A stretch of DNA of 64,000 bases from a virus, in the IMG/VR virus record IMGVR_UViG_3300044617_001255, positions 14,967-78,966 of that record. One strand, 5' to 3'. The position numbers and the translations under genes are program-made. Below are positions 9,623 through 17,501 of this stretch, piece after piece. Numbering within the stretch: position 1 is the first letter of the stretch; each line of letters opens with the position of its first letter. The notes below the pieces were generated by a model, which worked only from the letters and a program-made list of their open reading frames with translations, searched no databases and was not told the DNA's origin.

Positions 9623-9712
9623 CCGTAGCGGGTCCGAGAATAGCCCCTGGCCCAGCGTCGGGCCGGGGGTTATTCCATTCCTGGCGCAAATAGGGAATTT
9701 CGCAAATTAATA

Positions 9713-9790
9713 TGTTGACAGCGACCTAGACCGACGACACGCACACCCTTTAAGTGTGCAGTGTAAGGAAGGTCTAGGTCGCTGTCAACA
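9713..9790. repeat. TGTTGACAGCG palindromic element, copy B (78 nt)
   Basis: Perfect 20-bp stem TGTTGACAGCGACCTAGACC / GGTCTAGGTCGCTGTCAACA. Confidence 0.95.
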
Positions 9791-9889
9791 ATAGGCCCTG
9801 GTTGTCAAGGGAATTCCAGGAAGATTGTCGAAAAAAGAAAATGTTTATTTGGCGATTGACGAATGGCGAATGGAGATTATAATGGGGGC

Positions 9890-10189
9890 ATGAACACCAC
9901 GACCCCTAGCGTCATCTGGCCTTGGAATCGCATCCTGCACACGGGCTACACGATCCTCACCACCGTCGAAGTCTGCACGATGCAGGGAAACCTGCTCCGC
10001 ATCACCTACCGTCCGGAGACTGGCGATACCGTGGTGCGTGTGGTGAAGCCGGAGAATGTCTCCACCACGCAGGATCGGAACATGATCCTCCACGCCAGCC
10101 GTCATGAGAACGGCGAGACTGTGCAGCGTTCCTACCGCCTTGACCGCATCGAGAACATTGACATTCTCCCCGATCTGCGGGAAATGTGA
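9890..10189 (+). CDS. stand-alone WYL-domain protein
   Basis: LRITY...R.V.P...RSYRLDRI pattern; leaderless start at 9890. Confidence 0.7.
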   Translation: MNTTTPSVIWPWNRILHTGYTILTTVEVCTMQGNLLRITYRPETGDTVVRVVKPENVSTTQDRNMILHASRHENGETVQRSYRLDRIENIDILPDLREM

Positions 10190-10233
10190 TCTTTCCGATT
10201 GACACCACCCCCAACCCCCGGTACAATACCGCC

Positions 10234-10641
10234 ATGAACCACAACAACGACAACATCGATGATTCGGACGACCTGTTCAACGACCTGCCCCCGGAGGTCG
10301 AGCAGATTCTCAACAGCATGACCGAGGCGGACATGACCGCCTTGCGTGAGGTCACCGATGACCCCTTCGGACACCCCGACTCGCCCTTCCTGATCAACCT
10401 TGACCGCATCAGCGGCAAGGATGCAAAGGATGTCGCCCACGGCATCATCACGGCGCAGAACTGGATGCTGATGAACTTCACCTGCTTTGAGCAGGTGATG
10501 AAGGAGACAGAGAAGGATCTGCCCCCGTACCTCGCCCGTCGCGTCAACACGGCGATGCGAAAGATGTGCCACATCATCAAGGAGTCTGCGGAGGTCACGC
10601 TCGCCATCGGCTGCAAGGTCGGTGAGGCGTACAAAGCCTGA
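10234..10641 (+). CDS. early acidic hypothetical protein (leaderless)
   Basis: TTGACA 10199-17-TACAAT-6-ATG; terminator at about 10655-10694. Confidence 0.75.
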   Translation: MNHNNDNIDDSDDLFNDLPPEVEQILNSMTEADMTALREVTDDPFGHPDSPFLINLDRISGKDAKDVAHGIITAQNWMLMNFTCFEQVMKETEKDLPPYLARRVNTAMRKMCHIIKESAEVTLAIGCKVGEAYKA

Positions 10642-10776
10642 TCCCCCGGTTCAGCCGGGTGGGGTGAGCGAACGCACCTCCCCCACCCGGTTTTCCCCGT
10701 CCCTGGCTAACCCCAGCAACCCGCAAGGGCCTGGGGTTTGTCAATAGGGGAATTTCAGAATTTCACATAAAAAATA

Positions 10777-10854
10777 TGTTGACAGCGAAACAAGCCCCGA
10801 CGAAACGTAACGAAGTGAAGTTGAGGAGATTTAAGGCTTGTTTCGCTGTCAACA
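10777..10854. repeat. TGTTGACAGCG palindromic element, copy C (78 nt)
   Basis: Perfect 20-bp stem TGTTGACAGCGAAACAAGCC / GGCTTGTTTCGCTGTCAACA. Confidence 0.95.
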
Positions 10855-10860
10855 AATCCC

Positions 10861-11046
10861 CTAGCCTATGTCTAGGGAATCTCTGCTGCCGTCCAGAGAC
10901 TGGCGAATCTGGTTTTTCATCATCCGGCGAATCTGATCCGCCGAACGAATGCGGCCATCCCAGGTCTTCGACCGGAGACGGCGACCCTGACGGAGATCAT
11001 CGACCAGGAACTTGTGAGGACGGTGCGTGTGGCGATTCTGCTTCAT
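10861..11046 (-). CDS. small basic early protein (leaderless)
   Basis: TTGTCA-16-TATAAT-6-ATG on the minus strand; MKQNRH... Confidence 0.6.
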   Translation of the reverse strand: MKQNRHTHRPHKFLVDDLRQGRRLRSKTWDGRIRSADQIRRMMKNQIRQSLDGSRDSLDIG

Positions 11047-11107
11047 GCACATATTATACGGCGAAATGAGTCCTTGACAAGTGGCAAATGGAGATTATAA
11101 TGCAAAC

Positions 11108-11308
11108 ATGAGTTATCGAACACTAATCACCAAGGATGGGTCAGCAGCGGTCTGCGTCCCATATTACAACTTCCACCTATTCCGTCAGGATCTCAAGCAT
11201 ATGACTTGGGATGATCTGAAGGGAGAGATTCGTCAGAGGTTCCCGGATTTGACCCGAGATGACCGATCTGTGCTAATGCGTGTCATCCGCGAAAGGACCA
11301 CACCATGA
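11108..11308 (+). CDS. early hypothetical protein (leaderless)
   Basis: TTGACA 11074-16-TATAAT-6-ATG. Confidence 0.7.
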   Translation: MSYRTLITKDGSAAVCVPYYNFHLFRQDLKHMTWDDLKGEIRQRFPDLTRDDRSVLMRVIRERTTP

Positions 11309-11592
11309 CTGACCACATCCCCAAGTTCGACCCCATCCCCCGCCTTCAGCAGATTGCCGCAACCATTGAGGAGAGCGGTGCAGACATCTTTGATGCTCCC
11401 GCTACCGCTGTTCACTACATTGAATGCGCCATCAAGGAGATTGAACGGCTGCGGAAAGAGCGCAATGAGGCGAGGCGGCGAATCTGTGAAATGCTGCATG
11501 AGGAAGGCTATGGCCGTTCTCCCGAAGAGTGGGCAGAGCGCAAAGGTTGGGATTGCTTTTGGGAACCCTTCAATGAGGACACCGATGACTGA
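11305..11592 (+). CDS. ERxEARR-C...GWDCF module protein
   Basis: KERNEARRRIC...AERKGWDCF; ATGA coupling with the upstream gene. Confidence 0.7.
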   Translation: MTDHIPKFDPIPRLQQIAATIEESGADIFDAPATAVHYIECAIKEIERLRKERNEARRRICEMLHEEGYGRSPEEWAERKGWDCFWEPFNEDTDD

Positions 11593-11672
11593 AATGACTG
11601 TGATCAGCGAAGAGTTCCCGAATATCGACTTCTGATGGTTGACATGGTGCATTAGTTTGGTAAAATGCACAT

Positions 11673-12122
11673 ATGCCAAACTGGTGCAACAACTTCCTCC
11701 GCATCGCAGTCCCCACCGACCCTGCGTTTCGTGCCTACTTCAGAGGCTTCTGCTCCGCAGACCACAAGGAGTCAGGACTGGTTCTTCCCTTCTCGTTTGA
11801 GAAGATCGTGCCGATGCCCGAGTCCGAGGCAAACAACTGGTATGACTGGCGCATTCAGAACTGGGGGACCAAGTGGGATCTCGTTCCACCGGACTGCTAC
11901 ACTTGGTCAACCACCAAGTCGATCTGGTACAACTTCCAGACAGCATGGGGACCACCCATCGAAGTCATCAAGGTTCTGTCCAAGAACTTTCCAACGAACT
12001 TCATGCGGTTGGAGTTTGAGGAGAAGGGCCTGAACATGAGCGGGAATCTCCGCTTTCAGGCGGGGTTCATGCTCTCGCACTCTACGGCGACATGTGGCGG
12101 GAAACCGATGCAACTTGTGTGA
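11673..12122 (+). CDS. DUF1281/YubB-like ferredoxin-fold protein
   Basis: MPNWCNN, WYDWRIQNWGTKWD, FQTAWGPP; leaderless promoter. Confidence 0.8.
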   Translation: MPNWCNNFLRIAVPTDPAFRAYFRGFCSADHKESGLVLPFSFEKIVPMPESEANNWYDWRIQNWGTKWDLVPPDCYTWSTTKSIWYNFQTAWGPPIEVIKVLSKNFPTNFMRLEFEEKGLNMSGNLRFQAGFMLSHSTATCGGKPMQLV

Positions 12123-12156
12123 AAATTTCAACAAATCCCTGGACAACCGGGGAGAT

Positions 12157-12233
12157 TGTTGACAGCGAATCAATCCCTTTAAAGTCCCTCCCACCTCTTC
12201 GATGTGGTCGGGGGGATTGATTCGCTGTCAACA
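12157..12233. repeat. TGTTGACAGCG palindromic element, copy D (77 nt)
   Basis: Perfect 21-bp stem TGTTGACAGCGAATCAATCCC / GGGATTGATTCGCTGTCAACA. Confidence 0.95.
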
Positions 12234-12324
12234 AATATTAATTTCACATATTGATTGGGGATTTCGCTTGACGCCCCAGGCCCGGAGCTGCAGTCCGCCA
12301 GGGCGTCTGGTGAATGGCGAATAT

Positions 12325-12356
12325 AAAAAAAGAATCCCCGGCGTGACCGGGGATTC
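12325..12356 (-). terminator. intrinsic terminator
   Basis: GAATCCCCGG/CCGGGGATTC stem followed by a T-run on the minus strand. Confidence 0.8.
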
Positions 12357-12502
12357 GTGAGACGGTTTAGTAAGTCATCCGGGGAGCCGTAACTCGCAAC
12401 CGGCGAATGGTGATTTAGGAAACTCACCGAACCTTCAATATAAACCCCTGTTCACGGATATCCTGTCGGTAGGGGCAACACCGTTTCGCGCACGGCGAAT
12501 CG

Positions 12503-12760
12503 TCACGCCGGGACACGGCGGGGACGACCACGCTTCTCCTCACGGACGGTGAGGGTGGCGAGATTGGTTAGTTCGGGGAACTGGAACATACCCCGACCTG
12601 CCTTGCGGCTCGCATCGCTCGTCACCCACACGGGGATGACGCTGTAACCGAGCGCATCCTTTGCGGTGAGGAGTTCGGAACGGCTGAACACCGTCTTGCC
12701 CGGATGGGCGGTGGCGAGGTGCGAGAGGAACTGCATCTGATTGGAAGTGTAAGTCTGCAT
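12503..12760 (-). CDS. small putative DNA-binding protein with AT-hook-like KRGRPRR
   Basis: SD AAGGAG; resembles the N-terminal domain of the neighbouring AAA ATPase. Confidence 0.7.
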   Translation of the reverse strand: MQTYTSNQMQFLSHLATAHPGKTVFSRSELLTAKDALGYSVIPVWVTSDASRKAGRGMFQFPELTNLATLTVREEKRGRPRRVPA

Positions 12761-12979
12761 TGTGCAGGCTCCTTTTTGTCTGAATGAATCTTGTCACCGG
12801 GAACGCCCCTGCGACACTATTCATTATATCCATTTTTTCGTCAAGTCAAGGGGATTTCTTCGATTTTCGAATACCACAATTCTTCCTGAATTTGTGATAT
12901 TTCCTCTTGACATTCCAGGCCCTCCAGGAGGAGTGGGTCACACAACTCAACCCACTCCTCCAACTCCAAGAGGTCATCG

Positions 12980-14170
12980 TTAGGCATTGAGTGCCGCCTC
13001 CGTGCTGACGCTCTCCGCCGGGACTTCCGGCTTCGACGCGATTGCCGATGCGTCGATCTTCGTGTAGAGGTTGACGAACGAATCGCGGCTGTCCGGGCTG
13101 AACCGACCAACGCAGTCGGTGACTGCCTTCATCCTGTCGCGGAAGATGCTGTAGTTCAGCACAATGTGCTCCAGTCGGCGGGTCGTGATGATGTCATCGA
13201 CACCACCCTCCTTGAACGTCTTGCGGATGATCTCTGCCCACTTCACAAGGTTGTCGGCAAACTCATCGTCGCGGCATCCGTTGTCCTTCATAATGTTGAG
13301 GACGATGCGCTTCTCAACCGCCTTCGATGGGTAGTCCTGCTCGTACATGACATAGAACCGCTCAAGGAAGGCTTCGTTGAGAATGTTCGTGCCTGCGAAC
13401 CGCTCGCTGCCCTCGCCTGCCTGTCCCTTTGTGTTGGCGGTGGCGAACACGTTGAACCCCGGCGCAGGCATGACGTACTTGTTGATCTTCTTCAGGAAGA
13501 TGCCCTTGCCCTCAAGCACGGGCTGAAGGCACATGATCTTGTGCGAGCCGAGGTCAACCTCGTCAAGCAGCAGAATCGCGCCACGCTTCATGGCAGTAAT
13601 GACTGCGCCATCCTGCCACACGGTCGAACCATCGACCAGTCGGAACCCGCCAAGCAGGTCATCCTCATCGGTCTGTGCGGTGATGTTGACACGGACGTAC
13701 TCCCGGTTCAACTTGGAGCAGACCTGCTCCACCATCGTCGTCTTGCCGTTGCCCGACAAACCCGTGATGTAGACGGGGTAGAACCGCTTGGACTCGATGA
13801 TCTTGCTGATATCGCTGAAGTGTCCGTAGGGGACGTAGTGCGACAACTTCGCCGGGACGAGGTTGTCGGTTGCGGTGGTGCTGACGGACGGCTGATAGTT
13901 GAGAACTGACATTGGAGTTTCCTCTTGTGTTGGAAGTGTGAGAATGGTGGAAGGCACAGATGGGACGATGGTAGCCGGGGCGGTGTTGGAGGTCAACTCC
14001 TGCACCTCGTACTTGCCACTAGCAAGACGGCGTGTAGGCACGTTGAGGATCCATGTAGGCATGGGAACCTTGTGCTTGTACACGACCGCCTTGATCTGTG
14101 AGCGGGTGAGAGGTGAGGTGTAGCCTTCTGCACGGCAGGCTTCGACAAACTTGGTCATGGAGTCGTTCAT
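12980..14170 (-). CDS. MoxR/CbbQ-type AAA+ ATPase (phage CobS-like)
   Basis: Walker A GLSGNGKT, Walker B LLLDEVD, ATANTKG, NEAFLERF, ITTRRL. Confidence 0.9.
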   Translation of the reverse strand: MNDSMTKFVEACRAEGYTSPLTRSQIKAVVYKHKVPMPTWILNVPTRRLASGKYEVQELTSNTAPATIVPSVPSTILTLPTQEETPMSVLNYQPSVSTTATDNLVPAKLSHYVPYGHFSDISKIIESKRFYPVYITGLSGNGKTTMVEQVCSKLNREYVRVNITAQTDEDDLLGGFRLVDGSTVWQDGAVITAMKRGAILLLDEVDLGSHKIMCLQPVLEGKGIFLKKINKYVMPAPGFNVFATANTKGQAGEGSERFAGTNILNEAFLERFYVMYEQDYPSKAVEKRIVLNIMKDNGCRDDEFADNLVKWAEIIRKTFKEGGVDDIITTRRLEHIVLNYSIFRDRMKAVTDCVGRFSPDSRDSFVNLYTKIDASAIASKPEVPAESVSTEAALNA

Positions 14171-14390
14171 GCGGTGCAGTATAAGGCATCCGGGGTGGGG
14201 TGCAATAGGTTTGTTGCAATAATGTCACATATTGCGCAGAATGGCCGAAACCTGGATTTTACAAAAGGCAGGGCTGGCCTGACATTTGAATAATTGCAAA
14301 TCCCCCTGGTCGCAGCTCCTGGCACAACTATCTGCATCGAACTTCACAAATAGTGCTTGCAACCGAGGCAGGAGTCGGTATACTTGGGGC

Positions 14391-16667
14391 ATGACCAACC
14401 CAATCAATCCATCCAAGTCCTCGCTCGCTCGCCTGATGTCCACAGAGAACCTGAAGGTTGTCTACGACAACAAGGCGCATACCGCATCCTTCAATGTCGT
14501 TTCCCGTGAACTCCGGCTCCCCGTCTACAAGGATTTCGTGGACGAGACTGTCGATATGTTCGTCGGGCATGAGGTAGGGCACGCTCTCTACACTCCCGGC
14601 ACGGAGGAGGCATTCGTCGGTGCGCTCAACGCCATCGACCCCAAGAACCATCCCTCCGCAAAGTCGTTCCTGAATGTCGTTGAGGACGTTCGCATCGACC
14701 GCCTCATCAAGAACAAGTACCCCGGCATTCGCCGCTGCTACACCGCAGCATCCGCAGACCTTGTGAAGCACGACCTGTTCGGTCTGCGTGAGCCGGGTGC
14801 GGAGCCAGTCGATCAGATGCCGATGATCGACCGCCTCAACCTCCACTTCAAGGCAGGCATCTACGGCACTCTGCCCGTGTTCCTCACGGAGCGTGAGCAG
14901 GCATTCGCTGATCGCATGGAGCGAGCAGAGACTTTCGATGAGGTTGTGCAGATCGCAAAGGATCTGTACGAGGCATCGTTCGATGACATTCAGAACTCGC
15001 CGGATCAGAAGGTTGCCGTGCCGCAGCAGGCAAAGCAGGGCGAGGAGGGCGAGGGCAAGCAGGGAAATCCCCTTGACACGGAGAACCGCAAGGTCGATGA
15101 CTCCGCAGAGGGCAACGATGGCAAACTCGCAGCCAATCCACGAATCGACAACAGCCACAACCGCAGCCGTCCCCGTCCGTGCAGCACGCAGGAGAAGTAC
15201 GAGCAGGCAAAGAGCCGCAAGATCGACTCGCAGAGCGACGAGTACGCCTACTACGAGATGGCGAAGCCGAACCTTGACGCAATCGTGATCGACTACCCCA
15301 CCGTGCTTGCGGACCTTGATGCGAACCGCAACGATCCGGCAAACCGCTGCGCGGAGTGTTGGGTCGGAGACTCGCTCTACGAGAAGTACCGGCAGACGAA
15401 TCTCCCTGCCGTCCGCATCATGGCTCGCACCTTTGAGCGCAAGCAGTCAGCGGTTCTTGATGCTCGCACACTCATCAGCAAGACGGGAATCATCGACCCG
15501 AACTCGCTCCACTCGTACCGCTTCAACGATGACATCTTCACCCGGAATCAGGAGCAGCCCAACGGCAAGAAGCACGGCATGGTGATCTATGTCGATTGGA
15601 GCAGCAGCATGGGAGGCACGATGCTCGCTACCGTGCAGCAGATCGTCGCACTCGCAGACTTCTGCGATATGGTGCGAATCCCCTACGAGGTGTATGCGTT
15701 CTCATCGGCTCTTGATGATCGCCAACTCAAGAAGGCAGGCATCAAGCGCAAGGATCGTTACGACACTCCCGCACAGATCTACGGTGCGTATTGGCATGGC
15801 TTCTCATCCACGCCGAATCAATGGGGCAGCGAGGACATCGACCCGCAGGGCAGGCTCTACATGAGTCCGTTCCAACTGGTGAATCTGCTCTCGTCCAAGA
15901 TGAGCAAGACGGAGCGAGTGTCGATGCAGAAGCATTTGCTCGTCATGGGCGCATCGTTCGATGGCGCAATCATCAACGGCATTCGCTACTACTACCCCAT
16001 CCCCTCGCTCTACAACTTGGGCAGCACTCCGCTTGATGAGGCGGTTGTGTGTGCCTGTGAGCAGGTTCCTGCGTTCATGCAGCAGCACGGCGTTCAGGTG
16101 ATGAACACGGTTCTCATCACCGATGGCGGATCCGGTTCGCAGGTCGTGAAGGATGCGTACATCAACAACGTGCTGCGCTACAACGGCGAGGACATTCCGC
16201 TTCAGCCGTGCAACTCGTACAACTCGTTCACCAACTCGCTGCTTGGCGTTCTCAAGCGCAAGACGGGGACGAACATCATCAACTTTGAACTGCTCATGGG
16301 TCGTGGACACGACCACCGCTTCTGGGGCATGGCTACTCCGTGCTTCACCCGTCACAACCGGATGCGGCACGACAATCGGGTTCACATGAAGCGCAACGTG
16401 ACGGATGAGCAGAGAATCGCAGATCAGATGAAGAAGCATTACGAGGACAAGAACTACGCCATCCGTGAGAACTACGGGAACATCGACGCATTCGTGATGA
16501 TCCCCGGCAAGACCGGACTGGTTGAGGCGCAGTCGTTCGACTCGCTCGTTGAGGGTGCTACGACGATCACCAAGATTCGCTCTGCGTTCGTCAAGACCTC
16601 ATCGAATGCCGTCAACACTCGCTTCATGCTGAATCAGATGGGCGAGGTGTTCGCCAGTCAACTCTGA
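14391..16667 (+). CDS. HExxH metallopeptidase-like plus vWA domain protein (phage CobT-like partner)
   Basis: GHEVGHALYT, NVVEDVRI, MIDAS DWSSSM, STPL, ITDG; leaderless start at 14391. Confidence 0.85.
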   Translation: MTNPINPSKSSLARLMSTENLKVVYDNKAHTASFNVVSRELRLPVYKDFVDETVDMFVGHEVGHALYTPGTEEAFVGALNAIDPKNHPSAKSFLNVVEDVRIDRLIKNKYPGIRRCYTAASADLVKHDLFGLREPGAEPVDQMPMIDRLNLHFKAGIYGTLPVFLTEREQAFADRMERAETFDEVVQIAKDLYEASFDDIQNSPDQKVAVPQQAKQGEEGEGKQGNPLDTENRKVDDSAEGNDGKLAANPRIDNSHNRSRPRPCSTQEKYEQAKSRKIDSQSDEYAYYEMAKPNLDAIVIDYPTVLADLDANRNDPANRCAECWVGDSLYEKYRQTNLPAVRIMARTFERKQSAVLDARTLISKTGIIDPNSLHSYRFNDDIFTRNQEQPNGKKHGMVIYVDWSSSMGGTMLATVQQIVALADFCDMVRIPYEVYAFSSALDDRQLKKAGIKRKDRYDTPAQIYGAYWHGFSSTPNQWGSEDIDPQGRLYMSPFQLVNLLSSKMSKTERVSMQKHLLVMGASFDGAIINGIRYYYPIPSLYNLGSTPLDEAVVCACEQVPAFMQQHGVQVMNTVLITDGGSGSQVVKDAYINNVLRYNGEDIPLQPCNSYNSFTNSLLGVLKRKTGTNIINFELLMGRGHDHRFWGMATPCFTRHNRMRHDNRVHMKRNVTDEQRIADQMKKHYEDKNYAIRENYGNIDAFVMIPGKTGLVEAQSFDSLVEGATTITKIRSAFVKTSSNAVNTRFMLNQMGEVFASQL

Positions 16668-17266
16668 AAGACTGGCTCAAGCACTCGTCGCACAATCGTT
16701 GGTATGGTCAGGTGAGCCCTTCTCCGAAAGGAGGAGGGCATCACTTTTTGTATGTACTTGTTGCTGAAAGGATCCCTGCGCCAATTCCAAGTAGGGAATT
16801 CGCGCATCATGTGGTAGAGATATATGTACGTATTCGCCGCACGAATATATGTCTTTACTCCGATGCGCAGCCTGTGGCGTAGTGCTAGCTCGATGGCCTT
16901 GCGTTCAGTCTGTCGCTCATATGTGCGAACACGGCGGAATGCCCAATCCAACTGACGACGAGAGTACCTGCGGGCACCAGTCGTGTAGTCAGCAACAATA
17001 TGTGTAGCACGGTCGTCCTGGCGTTCGTCTCTGGCTGACTGCTCCAGCCACAGAACGAAATGCGAATACTCATGAAGCAGAGTCCATAGCCAACGACCAT
17101 TCCCCCTGGCTACACGGATCTCTCTCCTGGCTGCGTTGAAGTAGCCAGCGATGCGAATACCTTCGCAATTCACATTTAATCCTTTTCCAAATATAAGTTT
17201 CCATCCGTACTCTGCCAGATGGGAACGAACATGCTGGACGAACTTAAATGTGGTATCTTGCATCAT
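16658..17266 (-). CDS. HExxH zinc metallopeptidase-like protein
   Basis: GYF...IRVA...LLHEYSHF...E. Confidence 0.65.
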   Translation of the reverse strand: MMQDTTFKFVQHVRSHLAEYGWKLIFGKGLNVNCEGIRIAGYFNAARREIRVARGNGRWLWTLLHEYSHFVLWLEQSARDERQDDRATHIVADYTTGARRYSRRQLDWAFRRVRTYERQTERKAIELALRHRLRIGVKTYIRAANTYIYLYHMMREFPTWNWRRDPFSNKYIQKVMPSSFRRRAHLTIPTIVRRVLEPVFQS

Positions 17267-17339
17267 ATCTATTTAGGTTATAAGGGACCGAAAGGGCCGA
17301 AAAGACCTGGCTGGTTTTCGATCTGGGAATTTCACATAT

Positions 17340-17417
17340 TGTTGACAGCGATTTAACATATTAAGCGAAGACAAGCGAGAGCGAGTCGAGTGGGGATATG
17401 TTAAATCGCTGTCAACA
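17340..17417. repeat. TGTTGACAGCG palindromic element, copy E (78 nt)
   Basis: Perfect 22-bp stem TGTTGACAGCGATTTAACATAT / ATATGTTAAATCGCTGTCAACA. Confidence 0.95.
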
Positions 17418-17501
17418 AGTCCGATAATAAGGCCCCTGGCGGCTTTCAAACCGGATAGAGAAACTTGACAGGTCCGATAAGTTACCGTACAATGGGGGTT
17501 C

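Noticed and set aside
13166-16439. Long antisense or alternative-frame ORFs (e.g. 13166-13909, 14328-15158, 15804-16439)
   Set aside because: Shadow ORFs expected from GC-rich codon bias opposite well-supported genes; no motifs or promoters.
12980-16667. cobS/cobT as cobalamin biosynthesis genes
   Set aside because: No cobN, and the partner has an N-terminal HExxH domain; better described as a MoxR-vWA pair.
8896-17417. Palindromic elements as a CRISPR array
   Set aside because: They are dispersed inverted repeats 0.8-5 kb apart, not direct repeats with regular spacers, and no cas genes are visible.
8896-17417. Palindromic elements as integron attC sites
   Set aside because: attC has AAC on the left and GTT on the right with extrahelical bases; these have GTT left, AAC right and near-perfect stems. 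No integrase is in the window.
8896-17417. Palindromic elements as MITEs (TGT...ACA ends)
   Set aside because: No target-site duplications flank the copies, interiors are unrelated, and no transposase is present; not fully excluded.
8896-17417. Palindromic elements as ordinary promoters or terminators
   Set aside because: Only copy B (minus) has a -10-like TACACT at 17 bp. None has a U-tail, and separate terminators already follow the upstream genes at copies A-C.
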